A DNA stretch of 62,090 nucleotides, taken from NCBI GenBank assembly GCA_021163205.1, contig JAGGXF010000014.1, positions 1 to 62,090 on the forward strand. Direction: 5' to 3'. The position numbers and the translations under genes are program-made. Source of the stretch: Candidatus Aenigmatarchaeota archaeon (GTDB lineage Archaea; Aenigmatarchaeota; Aenigmatarchaeia; GW2011-AR5; JAGGXF01). This document shows, one piece after another, positions 26,534 to 36,654 of the stretch. Every line of letters begins with the position of its first letter. The first letter of the stretch is position 1. The notes under the pieces were generated by a model. That model had not been told where the DNA came from, searched no databases, and saw nothing but the letters and a program-made list of their open reading frames with translations.

Positions 26534-27505
26534 ATGTTTGACGATGAAATTATACTAAAACTTAGAAAAATAAAAGACCTCAGATATGGAGAAAACTGGC
26601 ACCAGAAAGCTGCATTTTATTCTTTTTGTAACGATTTGTATGATGAAAAAAATATCACGTCTCTCGTTAACTCAGAGCAAATCCATGGAAAGGAGCTCTC
26701 TCTGACAAACATACTCGATCTGGATTCAGCTCTTGGCGTTGTCAAGCAATTCGACGAACCGGTTGTTGTTGTAATCAAGCACACAAACCCCTGCGGAGCT
26801 GCGTGTGCCGATAATATAACAGAAGCATTTGAAAAGGCATGGGCTGGTGACTCACTATCAGCATTTGGAAGTGTTGTCGGTTTTAACAGAAAAGTTGATG
26901 AAAAAACGGCAGAAAAGATGTCAAAAAGATTTATAGAGTGTGTAATAGCGCCAGACTTTGACGAAGATGCCCTTAAAATTCTCGAGAAGAAAAAGAACAT
27001 TCGCCTGATAAAAACAGGGCCCGTTGGTAAAGAAAATCCGAAAATAGATATAAAAAAAGTTTCGGGTGGTTTCATAGTCCAAGAATACGATAATCGTTCT
27101 CTTGAAAAAAAGGACTTGAAGGTTGTGACAAAGAAAAATCCATCTGAAAAAGAATTAGAATCGTTGTTGTTCGCGTGGAAAATATTGAAATTTGTAAAGT
27201 CCAACGCCATAGTTTTGGCAAAAAATAAGCAAGTTATAGGAGTTGGAGCAGGACAAATGAGTAGAATAGACGCGCTAAAATCTGCTCTGAGAAAAGCGAA
27301 AGAAATGGGATTCGACATAAAAAATGCTGTCCTTGCATCAGACTCTTTTTTTCCATTTAGAGACGCTGTTGATATGGCATCTGAGAACGGCATAACATCC
27401 ATAATGCAACCGGGTGGGTCGATAAGAGACCAAGAATCTATAGACGCGTGTAATGAGCATGGTATCAGCATGATATTTAACGGTGTCAGGTGTTTTAGAC
27501 ACTAA
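26534..27505 (+). CDS. purH: AICAR formyltransferase (C-terminal domain of PurH) as a stand-alone ORF
   Basis: Motifs LRYGENWHQKAAFY, IKHTNPCG, GVGAGQMSRID, QPGGSIRD and FNGVRCFRH. Confidence 0.92.
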   Translation: MFDDEIILKLRKIKDLRYGENWHQKAAFYSFCNDLYDEKNITSLVNSEQIHGKELSLTNILDLDSALGVVKQFDEPVVVVIKHTNPCGAACADNITEAFEKAWAGDSLSAFGSVVGFNRKVDEKTAEKMSKRFIECVIAPDFDEDALKILEKKKNIRLIKTGPVGKENPKIDIKKVSGGFIVQEYDNRSLEKKDLKVVTKKNPSEKELESLLFAWKILKFVKSNAIVLAKNKQVIGVGAGQMSRIDALKSALRKAKEMGFDIKNAVLASDSFFPFRDAVDMASENGITSIMQPGGSIRDQESIDACNEHGISMIFNGVRCFRH

Positions 27506-27557
27506 TTTATACATGGTAACATTTTGTTTTGATGTATAATATTTTCGAGGTGATTAG

Positions 27558-28169
27558 ATGCTAAATATAGGTGTTCTTGCTTCCACCAGAGGAACAGATA
27601 TGCAAGCCGTAATAGATGCGATAGAAAGGGGGGAATTAGACGCAAAAATATCTGTGGTCATCAGCAATAAAAAAGATGCATACGCGCTTGAACGTGCAAG
27701 AAAGCACAACATAAAAGCTGTTTTCCTCGAAGCAAAAGGAAAAGAAAGAGAAGAGTTTGACAGAGAAGTCGCAAAGATTTTAGATGAAAACGGAGTCGAG
27801 CTAATACTACTCATCGGCTATATGAGATATTTGAGCAAGTGGTTTGTTGACAAGTATAGAAATAAGATAATGAATATACATCCTAGCTTGTTGCCCGCGT
27901 TTGCCGGTGGAATGGACAAGAATGTTCATGCAGAGATTCTTAAATATGGTTGTAAGGTCAGTGGCTGCACCCTGCATTTTGTGGATGAAGGCGCTGATAC
28001 CGGTCCAATAATAGCACAGAAAGCTGTTCCTATAGAAGAGGGTGAAACAGTGGACTCACTTAAAGAGAAGGTTCAGAAAGCTGAGCAAGAAATAATAATT
28101 AAAGCGATCAAACTATTTGCTGAAAACAAACTAAAGGTTGAGGGTAGAAGAGTCAAAATATTACAATAG
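27558..28169 (+). CDS. purN: GAR formyltransferase (folate-dependent)
   Basis: Motifs NIHPSLLPAF and GCTLHFVDEGADTGPII. GAGGTGA precedes the ATG. Confidence 0.93.
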   Translation: MLNIGVLASTRGTDMQAVIDAIERGELDAKISVVISNKKDAYALERARKHNIKAVFLEAKGKEREEFDREVAKILDENGVELILLIGYMRYLSKWFVDKYRNKIMNIHPSLLPAFAGGMDKNVHAEILKYGCKVSGCTLHFVDEGADTGPIIAQKAVPIEEGETVDSLKEKVQKAEQEIIIKAIKLFAENKLKVEGRRVKILQ

Positions 28170-28208
28170 ATATCAACATAATAATTAACATAACAGTTCG
28201 GTGGGTTT

Positions 28209-29498
28209 GTGAGTTGCAGTGATTTAGAATATAAAAAAACTATAAAATATATAACGAGCCTTAATAAGTTCGGTATCAAGCTCGGACTCAGAAGAATCAA
28301 AAAACTTCTAGACGCTCTCGGAAATCCAGAGAAAGACTTCAGAGCAATACATGTTGCGGGGACAAACGGAAAGGGATCTGTCTGTGCAATGACTGCTTCT
28401 ATTCTCAGAGAATGCGGATATAAGACGGGCCTTTATACCTCTCCACATCTTATTGACTTTAGGGAAAGGATAGTCATAAATGGTAAAAAAATTCCAAAAA
28501 ACGATGTTTGTAAGCTTATGAAAAAAATCAGACAAGCTGCTGGAAAAATAAAAATACACCCAACGTATTTCGAGGTTATAACTGCTCTGGCTTTTAAATA
28601 TTTTTCTGAAGAAAAAGTTGATTTCGCAGTTGTTGAGGTGGGAATGGGTGGACGCTTCGATGCGACCAATGTCGTAGAACCAGAAGTATCTATCATTACA
28701 AACGTGTTTCTCGAACACACCGCTTACTTGGGTAAAACAATAAAGAAAATTGCAAAAGAGAAAGCAGGGATAATAAAAAATAAAAGGCCTGTCATAACGT
28801 CTGCGACCGGTGACGCAATAAAAGTTATAGAAAAAAAATGTAATGAAACAAAATCTAATCTGATTGTATTGAATAAAAAATCTTTCGTGAAAAAAAAGAT
28901 TGGACTTAAAAATCAAAGATTTGTTGTTTTTGGCCTGAATGGAAAGTATGATATAGAAACAAAACTCGTAGGACAGCATCAAATGTTAAATGCTTGCTGT
29001 GCTGTTGTTTGCGCTGAGTTGCTTGGTATCGATAAAAACAAAATCATAAAAGGACTTAAAAAAGCGTCCTGGCCCGGCCGATTCGAAACTATTCAGAAAA
29101 AGCCCACCATAATCCTGGATAGCGCACATAATCCAGATGGAATAGAAGCACTGAAGAAAACACTTTCAGAGATTTTTGGAGATAAAAAAATATTTTTTTT
29201 GGTTAGCATATGTTCTGATAAAGATATCAAAAAAATGATTAAAGAAATCTCGCCGCTGACGAAAGAACTAATCATAACAAGACATAATGTCATGAACAGG
29301 GCAGCAGAACCCGAAAAAATCAAGAGTATAGCAAAGAGGTACATAGACAAAATCACAATAAAAGAAGAGATCAAAGATGCGGCGAAATATGCGAAAAACA
29401 TAACCAAGGCAGAAGATGTGATATGTATCACAGGTTCTATCTTCACCGTGGCTGGATTCAAAAAGGTGTTAAATGGAGGTAGTTTTGATGGGAAATAA
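28209..29498 (+). CDS. folC: Folylpolyglutamate synthase / dihydrofolate synthase
   Basis: P-loop HVAGTNGKGS, a Mur-ligase-type central and C-terminal domain, and DSAHNPDG. Confidence 0.9.
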   Translation: MSCSDLEYKKTIKYITSLNKFGIKLGLRRIKKLLDALGNPEKDFRAIHVAGTNGKGSVCAMTASILRECGYKTGLYTSPHLIDFRERIVINGKKIPKNDVCKLMKKIRQAAGKIKIHPTYFEVITALAFKYFSEEKVDFAVVEVGMGGRFDATNVVEPEVSIITNVFLEHTAYLGKTIKKIAKEKAGIIKNKRPVITSATGDAIKVIEKKCNETKSNLIVLNKKSFVKKKIGLKNQRFVVFGLNGKYDIETKLVGQHQMLNACCAVVCAELLGIDKNKIIKGLKKASWPGRFETIQKKPTIILDSAHNPDGIEALKKTLSEIFGDKKIFFLVSICSDKDIKKMIKEISPLTKELIITRHNVMNRAAEPEKIKSIAKRYIDKITIKEEIKDAAKYAKNITKAEDVICITGSIFTVAGFKKVLNGGSFDGK

Positions 29499-30603
29499 AA
29501 TAATAGAAAACAGGGTTATCTTTGGTGGTACATTGGGTTTTTTCAAGTCCGTTCTGACAGGATTTTCTATGATGCTATTGCCAATGTATTTCTCTATGCT
29601 GAATATCTCTCTTGTTTCCTATGCTCTTCTTCTCACGATTGGAGACGCAATTGCTTTTCTGATAAAACCAATTATAGGACATTTTTCAGACAAGCATGGT
29701 GAAAAAATATTTTTGATTGGTGGTATAATTTTATACACCTTTTCTTTGTTTCTTATCGGTCAGACAACATCTGTTTTTAATATAGCGCTTCTCCAGGTAA
29801 TCGCTGGTATATCAAGTGCATTCCTACTATCAATCATAATAATATTTGCTCTTAGAAATGTTCAAAAAAAGCCAGATAGGGCTGTTGGGCTTTTTGGAGC
29901 AATACAAAGCGCTGGGTGGATATTCGGACTATTGCTGCCGGGATTTATCATAGATAGAGTTGGAATAAAGACCGTTTTCTATTTATGTCCCGTATTGGGC
30001 ATTGTCCTTAGTCTTCTGGTTTTGAAGGTTAAAACAAAAATTAAGCCGAGCAAATTCTCTTTCAGCTTTGTAAAAAAGATTCCTCTTCCCTTAATATATA
30101 AAACAATAGACATGGCTGTATTCAACGCATTTCTGATATTCTTCATAAGATATGCTCTGAAGATCCTGGCATTAAGCAAAAGTATGATTTCTATGATTGT
30201 TGCATTTGAGTGTCTTGTTTTCGCAGTTTCAGAGTATGGTCTCAGTAGAATCTCAAATAAGCAGAAAAGAAAGCAATGGATACCTATAGGCATGATGATT
30301 CATGGTTTGGGCATTGCCACCATGCTTTTCGGATCGTCGCTTTCTCATTACTTTGTCGCGGCTGGTCTGATCGGCTTCGCTGGTGCGTTCATAGACATCT
30401 GGGTGTATTCATACATAAGTGAAAAAGTTGGTATCAAAGATAAGGGTAAGACAATAGGAACTGTTGAGTGGAGTAGAGAGCTTGGAACGATTTTCGGGGC
30501 ACAGGTCCCAATGTGGTTCAGCTTTTTGGCAGTCAATCCGTTTGCATCGATTTTCGTATTTCCTTTTATAGGTTTAGTTACACATTTAATTAAGAAAAAC
30601 TGA
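29473..30603 (+). CDS. MFS-type transporter (substrate unknown)
   Basis: About 10-11 hydrophobic helices. MFS motif A-like GHFSDKHGEK. It overlaps the folC 3' end by 26 nt. Confidence 0.8.
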   Translation: MEVVLMGNKIIENRVIFGGTLGFFKSVLTGFSMMLLPMYFSMLNISLVSYALLLTIGDAIAFLIKPIIGHFSDKHGEKIFLIGGIILYTFSLFLIGQTTSVFNIALLQVIAGISSAFLLSIIIIFALRNVQKKPDRAVGLFGAIQSAGWIFGLLLPGFIIDRVGIKTVFYLCPVLGIVLSLLVLKVKTKIKPSKFSFSFVKKIPLPLIYKTIDMAVFNAFLIFFIRYALKILALSKSMISMIVAFECLVFAVSEYGLSRISNKQKRKQWIPIGMMIHGLGIATMLFGSSLSHYFVAAGLIGFAGAFIDIWVYSYISEKVGIKDKGKTIGTVEWSRELGTIFGAQVPMWFSFLAVNPFASIFVFPFIGLVTHLIKKN

Positions 30604-30616
30604 AAGGGTGTGGTAA

Positions 30617-31000
30617 ATGAAAGTCTTGGTTGTTGTTGGGAGCAAATCTGATATGGAAATCGCCAACAAAACAATAAGTGTACTTGAAGAGTATGGTATA
30701 GAGTATGACCTGGAGATAGCATCTGCGCACAGAGAACCAGAAAAAGTGGAAGAGCTTGCAAAAAAAGATTATGATGTGTTTATCGCAATAGCCGGATTGT
30801 CAGCAGCGCTTCCTGGTTTCATTGCATCTCATACTAAAAAGCCTGTTATTGGTGTTCCTGTTTCAGCAAAACTCGGCGGTCTAGATGCACTTTTATCAAT
30901 AGCACAGATGCCAAAGGGGGTTCCCGTTGCTTGTGTGGGTATCGATAACGGACAGAATGCGGCACATCTCGCTGCTCGTATAATGGGTGTAGAAAAGTAG
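30617..31000 (+). CDS. purE: PurE (N5-CAIR mutase / AIR carboxylase family), short 127-aa form
   Basis: Motifs [33 protein letters not shown] and QMPKGVPVA. Confidence 0.9.
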   Translation: MKVLVVVGSKSDMEIANKTISVLEEYGIEYDLEIASAHREPEKVEELAKKDYDVFIAIAGLSAALPGFIASHTKKPVIGVPVSAKLGGLDALLSIAQMPKGVPVACVGIDNGQNAAHLAARIMGVEK

Positions 31001-31053
31001 TTTATAGTGGTAAGCCGGTTGGTTTCAAGTCACGAAACCCGGGGGTATAAGAT

Positions 31054-31953
31054 ATGAAGCTCTTGAAAAGTGGAAAAGTTAAAGACGTTTACGAATACGA
31101 TGAAAATATGTTGAAGTTTATTTTTTCTGATAGAATATCAGTTTTTGATAAAATAATACCAAGCGAGATTCCACGAAAAGGAGAAACTCTCTGCAAAACA
31201 AGTGCATTCTGGTTTGAAAAACTTGAAAAGATGGGAATCAAGACACATTTTATAAAAACTGAAGGCCAGAATGGGATGATAGTCAAAAGATTTAGAGTCA
31301 TTGAAAAACCCACGATAGAAGATAAGAACTACTTCATACCTCTGGAGGTAATATGTCGCTGGTTTGTTGCCGGGTCCTTGTTTGATAGAATAAAACGTGG
31401 TGAAATCAAACCGGAAGTTCTCGGATTTGAACATGATCACAAAATCAAGTATGGAGAAAGAATACCAAAACCGTTTGTGGAGTTTACAACAAAACTTGAA
31501 AAAGTTGATAGAGAATTGACTGAAGAAGAAGCAGCAAAGCTAGCCGGCCTGACGAAAGAAGATATAGAAAGGATAAAAGATTTGGTTATAAAAATAGACC
31601 AGATAATAGCAAATCAAGTCGAAAAAAACGGTCTATTGCATGTCGATGGAAAAAAGGAGTTTGCCTTCGATGAAAATCGTGAGATTGTTATAGTTGATAC
31701 ATTCGGCACCGCGGATGAAGACCGTTGGTGGGATAAAAAAGAATATGAAAAAGGAAACATAATTCAACTCAGTAAAGAGTTTGTTCGTCAATATTACAGA
31801 AAAACAGGATATAAAGAAAAGTTGGATAAGGCACGTAAAAAAGGTGAAGATATTCCTATTCCCCCACTTCCAGAACAACTGGTGGAAGAAACGAGCAAAC
31901 TTTACATTCAGCTCTTCGAAAGAATAACTGGCAAGAAATTACCACAAATATAA
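31054..31953 (+). CDS. purC: SAICAR synthase
   Basis: Motifs GKVKDVY and SDRISVFD, plus a long C-terminal extension. Confidence 0.92.
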   Translation: MKLLKSGKVKDVYEYDENMLKFIFSDRISVFDKIIPSEIPRKGETLCKTSAFWFEKLEKMGIKTHFIKTEGQNGMIVKRFRVIEKPTIEDKNYFIPLEVICRWFVAGSLFDRIKRGEIKPEVLGFEHDHKIKYGERIPKPFVEFTTKLEKVDRELTEEEAAKLAGLTKEDIERIKDLVIKIDQIIANQVEKNGLLHVDGKKEFAFDENREIVIVDTFGTADEDRWWDKKEYEKGNIIQLSKEFVRQYYRKTGYKEKLDKARKKGEDIPIPPLPEQLVEETSKLYIQLFERITGKKLPQI

Positions 31954-31988
31954 GTTCGTGTATAAACTCATGCCTAAGGTTGTGTTTT

Positions 31989-33347
31989 ATGATTCATCCG
32001 ACCGACTATAGATACCTTGTAAAAGACCTCGAGCAATACTTATCAGACGAGGCTTTTCTTCAATACAAACTTGAAATCGAGGCTGCTTACATTGAAACAC
32101 TGGCAGAAATAGGAGTATGCCCAAAGGATGTGGCAGAAGAGATTGTAAAAAAAACGAATATTAAAATAGTAACGCCCGAACTGGTCAGGAAAAAAGAAGC
32201 TAAACTAAAACACGATATCCGAGCGATGGTATCTATTCTAGCTGATAATGTGTCTGACAAAGCCAAACCTTTTGTTCATCTCGGGCTTACGTCTTACGAT
32301 GTAGTAAACACAGCGCAGGCACTGATGCTGAAAGATGTGACTAAAAAAATAATACTGCCCAGCATGATAGAACTTGAAAAGAAGTTGATTGAACTCGCTG
32401 AAAACCATAAAGACACTATCCAGATTGGGAGAACGCATGGACAACACGCAGAACCTATAACATTTGGTTTCTACCTATCTGGTTATGTTGACCGTTTGGG
32501 AGAGGCAATCGAAAAAATAAGAAAATCTTCAGAGGAACTGCGGGGCAAGGTAAGTGGAGCTGTTGGAACAAAAGCCGCGCTGAAGATCATTTATGAATCT
32601 CCTGAAAAAATCGAAAAGATTATGATGGATAAACTGGGACTGAAACCAGCAAGAATATCAACACAGATTGTTCCACCAGAATATCTAGCAGACTATCTTT
32701 CTCAGATTATAATAGCGTTTTCAATAATAGCTGATCTTGCAAATGACATGAGACAGCTACAGAGAACGGAAATAGCTGAAGTTTCTGAGATGTTTAGCCA
32801 AGAACAAGTCGGGTCTTCGACAATGCCTCAAAAAAGAAACCCCGTAAGCTGGGAAAACATAGTCTCGCAGTGGAAGGCAGTAATGCCACACATCGTTTCT
32901 GTCTATATGGATATCTTATCAGAACATCAAAGAGACCTTACGAATTCTGCATCGTCTAGGTATTATATACCAGAGATAATAAACGCGTTCGTTTATTCTA
33001 TCAAGAGAACCAAAAAAAATATGGACAACCTCGTTGTAAACAAAGAACGCATGCTGATGAATCTTAAAATGACCGGAATGATAGCCGCAGAACCTCTTTA
33101 CATAATACTTGCTATGAGCGGCCATCCTGATGCTCATAAATATGTAAAAGACCTTGTTAGTAAATCTATTGAAAAAAAGATTTCACTTCTGGAAATGGTA
33201 AAAAAAGATGAAAAAATTCGGGAACTTATGGAAAACATGCCGGAAGAGAAGATAAAGACAATTCGCAACATAGAAACATACATAGGCACGGCAACAAAAA
33301 CCACAGAAAAAATAACAAAACTTTGGAGAGCCAAGCTTGGTCTCTGA
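31989..33347 (+). CDS. purB: Adenylosuccinate lyase
   Basis: MIHPTDYRY start, GRTHGQHAEPITFG, and the signature GSSTMPQKRNP. Confidence 0.94.
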   Translation: MIHPTDYRYLVKDLEQYLSDEAFLQYKLEIEAAYIETLAEIGVCPKDVAEEIVKKTNIKIVTPELVRKKEAKLKHDIRAMVSILADNVSDKAKPFVHLGLTSYDVVNTAQALMLKDVTKKIILPSMIELEKKLIELAENHKDTIQIGRTHGQHAEPITFGFYLSGYVDRLGEAIEKIRKSSEELRGKVSGAVGTKAALKIIYESPEKIEKIMMDKLGLKPARISTQIVPPEYLADYLSQIIIAFSIIADLANDMRQLQRTEIAEVSEMFSQEQVGSSTMPQKRNPVSWENIVSQWKAVMPHIVSVYMDILSEHQRDLTNSASSRYYIPEIINAFVYSIKRTKKNMDNLVVNKERMLMNLKMTGMIAAEPLYIILAMSGHPDAHKYVKDLVSKSIEKKISLLEMVKKDEKIRELMENMPEEKIKTIRNIETYIGTATKTTEKITKLWRAKLGL

Positions 33348-33378
33348 ACACAATTATTTACACAATCGTGGTGAGAAA

Positions 33379-34416
33379 ATGGGAATGACATACTCAAAGG
33401 CTGGTGTTGATATAGATAGAGAAGCCACCTCGATAAAATGTCTCGTTGATATCATTAAAAAAAGCTTCGAGTTCAGGCGTGGAAAGCCAGGGGAACCGAA
33501 ATCAGAGATAGGCCACTTCGCAAATTTTATAGAATTCGACGATAAATATCTCGTTCTTTCTTCAGATGGTGTTGGAACAAAAGTCCTGGTCGCACAGCTC
33601 GCCAATAAATATGACACCATTGGCATAGACATGATTGCAATGAACGTTAATGATATCATTTGTGTTGGTGCGGAGCCGATAGCACTTGTTGACTATCTAG
33701 CTATGGAAAAGGTCGATCCAGAAATAATGAGAGAGCTAGGTATAGGCCTTTTGGAAGGAGCAAAACAGGCAGACATCGCAATAGTGGGTGGTGAAACAGC
33801 AACACTAAAAGATATAATAAAAGGAATCGACCATAAGGGATTTGACCTGGCAGGTGCTGCTCTCGGCTTTGTAGAAAAAAATCGTTTAGTTCTCGGAGAT
33901 AAGATAGAACCGGGAGATAAAATAATCGGTTTGGCAAGTTCTGGTATCCACACCAACGGGCTGACTTTGGCTAGGAAGGTTATCTTTGAAAAATATACAA
34001 TAAATGAAAAGCTGCCGTGGAAAAAAACAGTTGCTGAAGAACTTTTAACACCAACAAGAATATATGTGAAACCTGTCCTTGAGATGCTGAAAAAAGATTT
34101 TAATAATATTCATGGGCTCGCCCACATAACCGGTGGTGGTTTCCTGAATATAAAAAGACTTAATAAAAATGTCGGTTATAACATAAAAAAACTTTTACCA
34201 ATACCAAAAATATTTTCCGAGATACAGAAACTTGGCGATATTGATGAGAAAGAGATGTTCAGAACATTTAACATGGGTATTGGCTTTTGCGTAATAGCAA
34301 AAAAGGAAGAAGAAATAATGAAGATCGCAAAGAAGTATAATATAGAAGCATCTGTTATAGGAGATGTGGACTCAACAAAAAAGATATTGATAGAAGAGTA
34401 TGATGTAGAACTATAG
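33379..34416 (+). CDS. purM: AIR synthase
   Basis: Motifs [27 protein letters not shown] and GGETA. GGTGAG lies just upstream of the ATG at 33379; the ORF track starts at a TTG at 33337. Confidence 0.93.
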   Translation: MGMTYSKAGVDIDREATSIKCLVDIIKKSFEFRRGKPGEPKSEIGHFANFIEFDDKYLVLSSDGVGTKVLVAQLANKYDTIGIDMIAMNVNDIICVGAEPIALVDYLAMEKVDPEIMRELGIGLLEGAKQADIAIVGGETATLKDIIKGIDHKGFDLAGAALGFVEKNRLVLGDKIEPGDKIIGLASSGIHTNGLTLARKVIFEKYTINEKLPWKKTVAEELLTPTRIYVKPVLEMLKKDFNNIHGLAHITGGGFLNIKRLNKNVGYNIKKLLPIPKIFSEIQKLGDIDEKEMFRTFNMGIGFCVIAKKEEEIMKIAKKYNIEASVIGDVDSTKKILIEEYDVEL

Positions 34417-34424
34417 GTGATTTT

Positions 34425-35384
34425 GTGATAGGATTCAAACCAGAAAAGTTTATCGAAGAAGCCGTGAAGGAGATAAAAAACAGTGTTGACGGGAATGTGA
34501 TAATTGCCTGGTCTGGTGGAGTCGATTCAACTACAACATCAGTTTTGGTAAATAAGGCGGTCGGTGAACGTCTTCTATGTATTTTCGTCGATACTGGCTT
34601 TATGCGAAAGAATGAACCAGAAAGAATGAAAGAAATTGGCAAGGCCCTTGGCCTTAGAATAAAAATGGTTGACGCCAAGAACAGATTTCTCTCGGCCTTG
34701 AAAGGTGTGAAAGACCCGGAGAAAAAGAGGAAAATATGTGGAGAACTTTTCATAAGGATATTCGAAGAAGAGGCAAGAAATTTCGAGGCAAAATACCTGG
34801 CTCAGGGAACGATAGCACCAGACTGGATAGAATCTGGCGGTGGAATAAGAGATACTATCAAATCACACCACAATGTTGGTGGTCTGCCTGAAAAAATGGG
34901 ACTCAAGCTCATTGAGCCACTAAGAGAGCTGTATAAAGACGAAGTGAGAAAGGTCGGAAAAGTTCTTGGCATACCAAAAGAAATATATACGAGACAGCCA
35001 TTTCCGGGACCAGGTCTTGCCATAAGAATAGTGGGAGAGGTTACAGAAGAGCGTGTGAATATAATAAGAGAAGCGTGCGCAATAACAGAAAAAGAAATAG
35101 AATCTGCTGTTGCAGAAGGAAAAATGGAGAAACCGTGGCAATACTTTGCAGTTCTTCTGCCAACAAAAAGCGTTGGTGTACATGGTGATGTAAGAGCATA
35201 TGGATATACGGTCGTCATAAGGGCGGTAGATAGTATAGATGGTATGTCCGCAGCTTATAGTAAAATACCACATGAGGTGTTGCAGAAAATCTCAACAAAG
35301 ATAACGAACGAGCTAAAAGATAAAGTTACCCGTGTCGTGTACGATATAACGAACAAACCTCCCGGAACCATAGAATATATATGA
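34425..35384 (+). CDS. guaA: GMP synthase, ATP-pyrophosphatase subunit (GuaA-B)
   Basis: PP-loop [10 protein letters not shown], plus [12 protein letters not shown] and a C-terminal PPGTIEY. Confidence 0.94.
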   Translation: MIGFKPEKFIEEAVKEIKNSVDGNVIIAWSGGVDSTTTSVLVNKAVGERLLCIFVDTGFMRKNEPERMKEIGKALGLRIKMVDAKNRFLSALKGVKDPEKKRKICGELFIRIFEEEARNFEAKYLAQGTIAPDWIESGGGIRDTIKSHHNVGGLPEKMGLKLIEPLRELYKDEVRKVGKVLGIPKEIYTRQPFPGPGLAIRIVGEVTEERVNIIREACAITEKEIESAVAEGKMEKPWQYFAVLLPTKSVGVHGDVRAYGYTVVIRAVDSIDGMSAAYSKIPHEVLQKISTKITNELKDKVTRVVYDITNKPPGTIEYI

Positions 35385-35402
35385 ATCATTATCTGTTGTT
35401 GG

Positions 35403-35972
35403 GTGATTGATGTGCGTGTTTTGGTCGTTGATAATGGGGGTCAATGGACTCACAGGGAGTACCGTGTGTTGAGATACTTGGGTTGTGAAACAGAAATAAT
35501 TCCAAACACCACTCCATTAGAAAAGATAGACGCTGATGGACTTATTCTTTCAGGTGGCGCGCCAAGAATAATATCAGAAGCTGAAAAACTAGGTTTTTGT
35601 AGAGATTATATAAAAAATTTTAACAAGCCGTTGATGGGGATATGTGTTGGTCATCAGCTGATGGCCCTCTCTTTCGGTGGAACTGTCGCAGCAGCAGATG
35701 TACCAGAATACGGAAAAGCTGAATTAATTGTCGATAAAACAAATGACTTGTTTTTAGGTTTGCCAAAAAGATTTGTTGTGTGGGAATCTCATAATGACGT
35801 TGTAAAAACATGCCCTGGTTTTGACATATTAGCTCACTCTGAGAATTGTCCTGTGCAAGCAATGAAACACAAAAAAAGACCACTCTATGGCCTACAGTTT
35901 CATCCAGAGGTTGAAAATACAGAATATGGATACGAAATATTCAAGAACTTTCTGAATGTTTGTAAAAAATAA
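35403..35972 (+). CDS. guaA: GMP synthase, glutamine amidotransferase subunit (GuaA-A)
   Basis: Motifs VVDNGGQWTHREYR, GICVGHQ (Cys) and LQFHPEV (His/Glu). Confidence 0.93.
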   Translation: MIDVRVLVVDNGGQWTHREYRVLRYLGCETEIIPNTTPLEKIDADGLILSGGAPRIISEAEKLGFCRDYIKNFNKPLMGICVGHQLMALSFGGTVAAADVPEYGKAELIVDKTNDLFLGLPKRFVVWESHNDVVKTCPGFDILAHSENCPVQAMKHKKRPLYGLQFHPEVENTEYGYEIFKNFLNVCKK

Positions 35973-35987
35973 TCCAAGTAAAACAAG

Positions 35988-36584
35988 TTACTCCATATTC
36001 ATATGTCTTTTTCTCATATCCTTTTCTGTTTTACCAATTCTATTCATAAGCTCGACGACAACACCATCCAAAAACAATAAGCAAGAATCCTCGAATAATG
36101 TTCCCATTGGAGAAAGCGGTGAATCTTTTCCTTTTATCTGAGCTGCCAAGTAATCCTTTTCTTCTTTAAGTATGTCGTTCTTTGTGCGCCCTTTTATGCG
36201 TAGAACGATGTCTGATATTTTTGCCAGACTGGATTTTGTGTCTGATGTTATAGAAATTACTTTTGCGCCAAGTTTCTTTGCTGTTTTTGCCAACAGGACA
36301 ACAGACTCTGTCTTACCAGAGCCAGAGACACAAAACAAAACATCGCCTTTACCTATTGGGGGTGTTATAGTATCACCCACCGCAAAAACCTCTATACCAA
36401 GATGTGCCAGCCTTATGGCAAAAGCCTTTGAAACAAGACCAGAACGTCCAGTACCATAAACAAAAACCCTTCTCGCAGAAATAAGCTTTTCCATCAGCTG
36501 TTCTATCTGCTCTCCCTTTATATCTTCTGTGACTTTTTTAACATGCTGTAGGATTTCTTTAATAGCTTGCTTTGTCAATTTCAT
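35988..36584 (-). CDS. 6-phospho-3-hexuloisomerase (SIS domain)
   Basis: Motifs VFVYGTGRSGLVSKAFAIRLAHLG and CVSGSGKTESV. It lies next to hps. Confidence 0.85.
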   Translation of the reverse strand: MKLTKQAIKEILQHVKKVTEDIKGEQIEQLMEKLISARRVFVYGTGRSGLVSKAFAIRLAHLGIEVFAVGDTITPPIGKGDVLFCVSGSGKTESVVLLAKTAKKLGAKVISITSDTKSSLAKISDIVLRIKGRTKNDILKEEKDYLAAQIKGKDSPLSPMGTLFEDSCLLFLDGVVVELMNRIGKTEKDMRKRHMNME

Positions 36585-36654
36585 GAAATCGCCTCTTCAT
36601 CGAAATATAAATATAATTACATATATAAACTTCATCCGAACAAAATTTTACGAC

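Noticed and set aside
26617-27471. 284-aa ORF on the minus strand.
   Set aside because: It is antisense to the AICARFT ORF, which has unmistakable PurH motifs. It has the same Ser/Phe/Leu-rich composition. I rejected the other long antisense ORFs on the same grounds, for example 21254-21874 (vs purD), 28308-28982 (vs folC), 52855-53568 (vs beta-CASP/rtcA), 19272-19856 (vs purQ/purF), 25212-25760 (vs folD), 17159-17689 (vs purL) and 43723-44163 (vs pyrB).
31019-31047. Hairpin GGTTTC-AAGTCAC-GAAACC (with flanking CCGG/CGGG) between purE and purC, considered as a purine riboswitch or attenuator.
   Set aside because: It is far too short for a purine riboswitch aptamer and has no conserved junction nucleotides. 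It is probably just an intercistronic stem, so it is not called.
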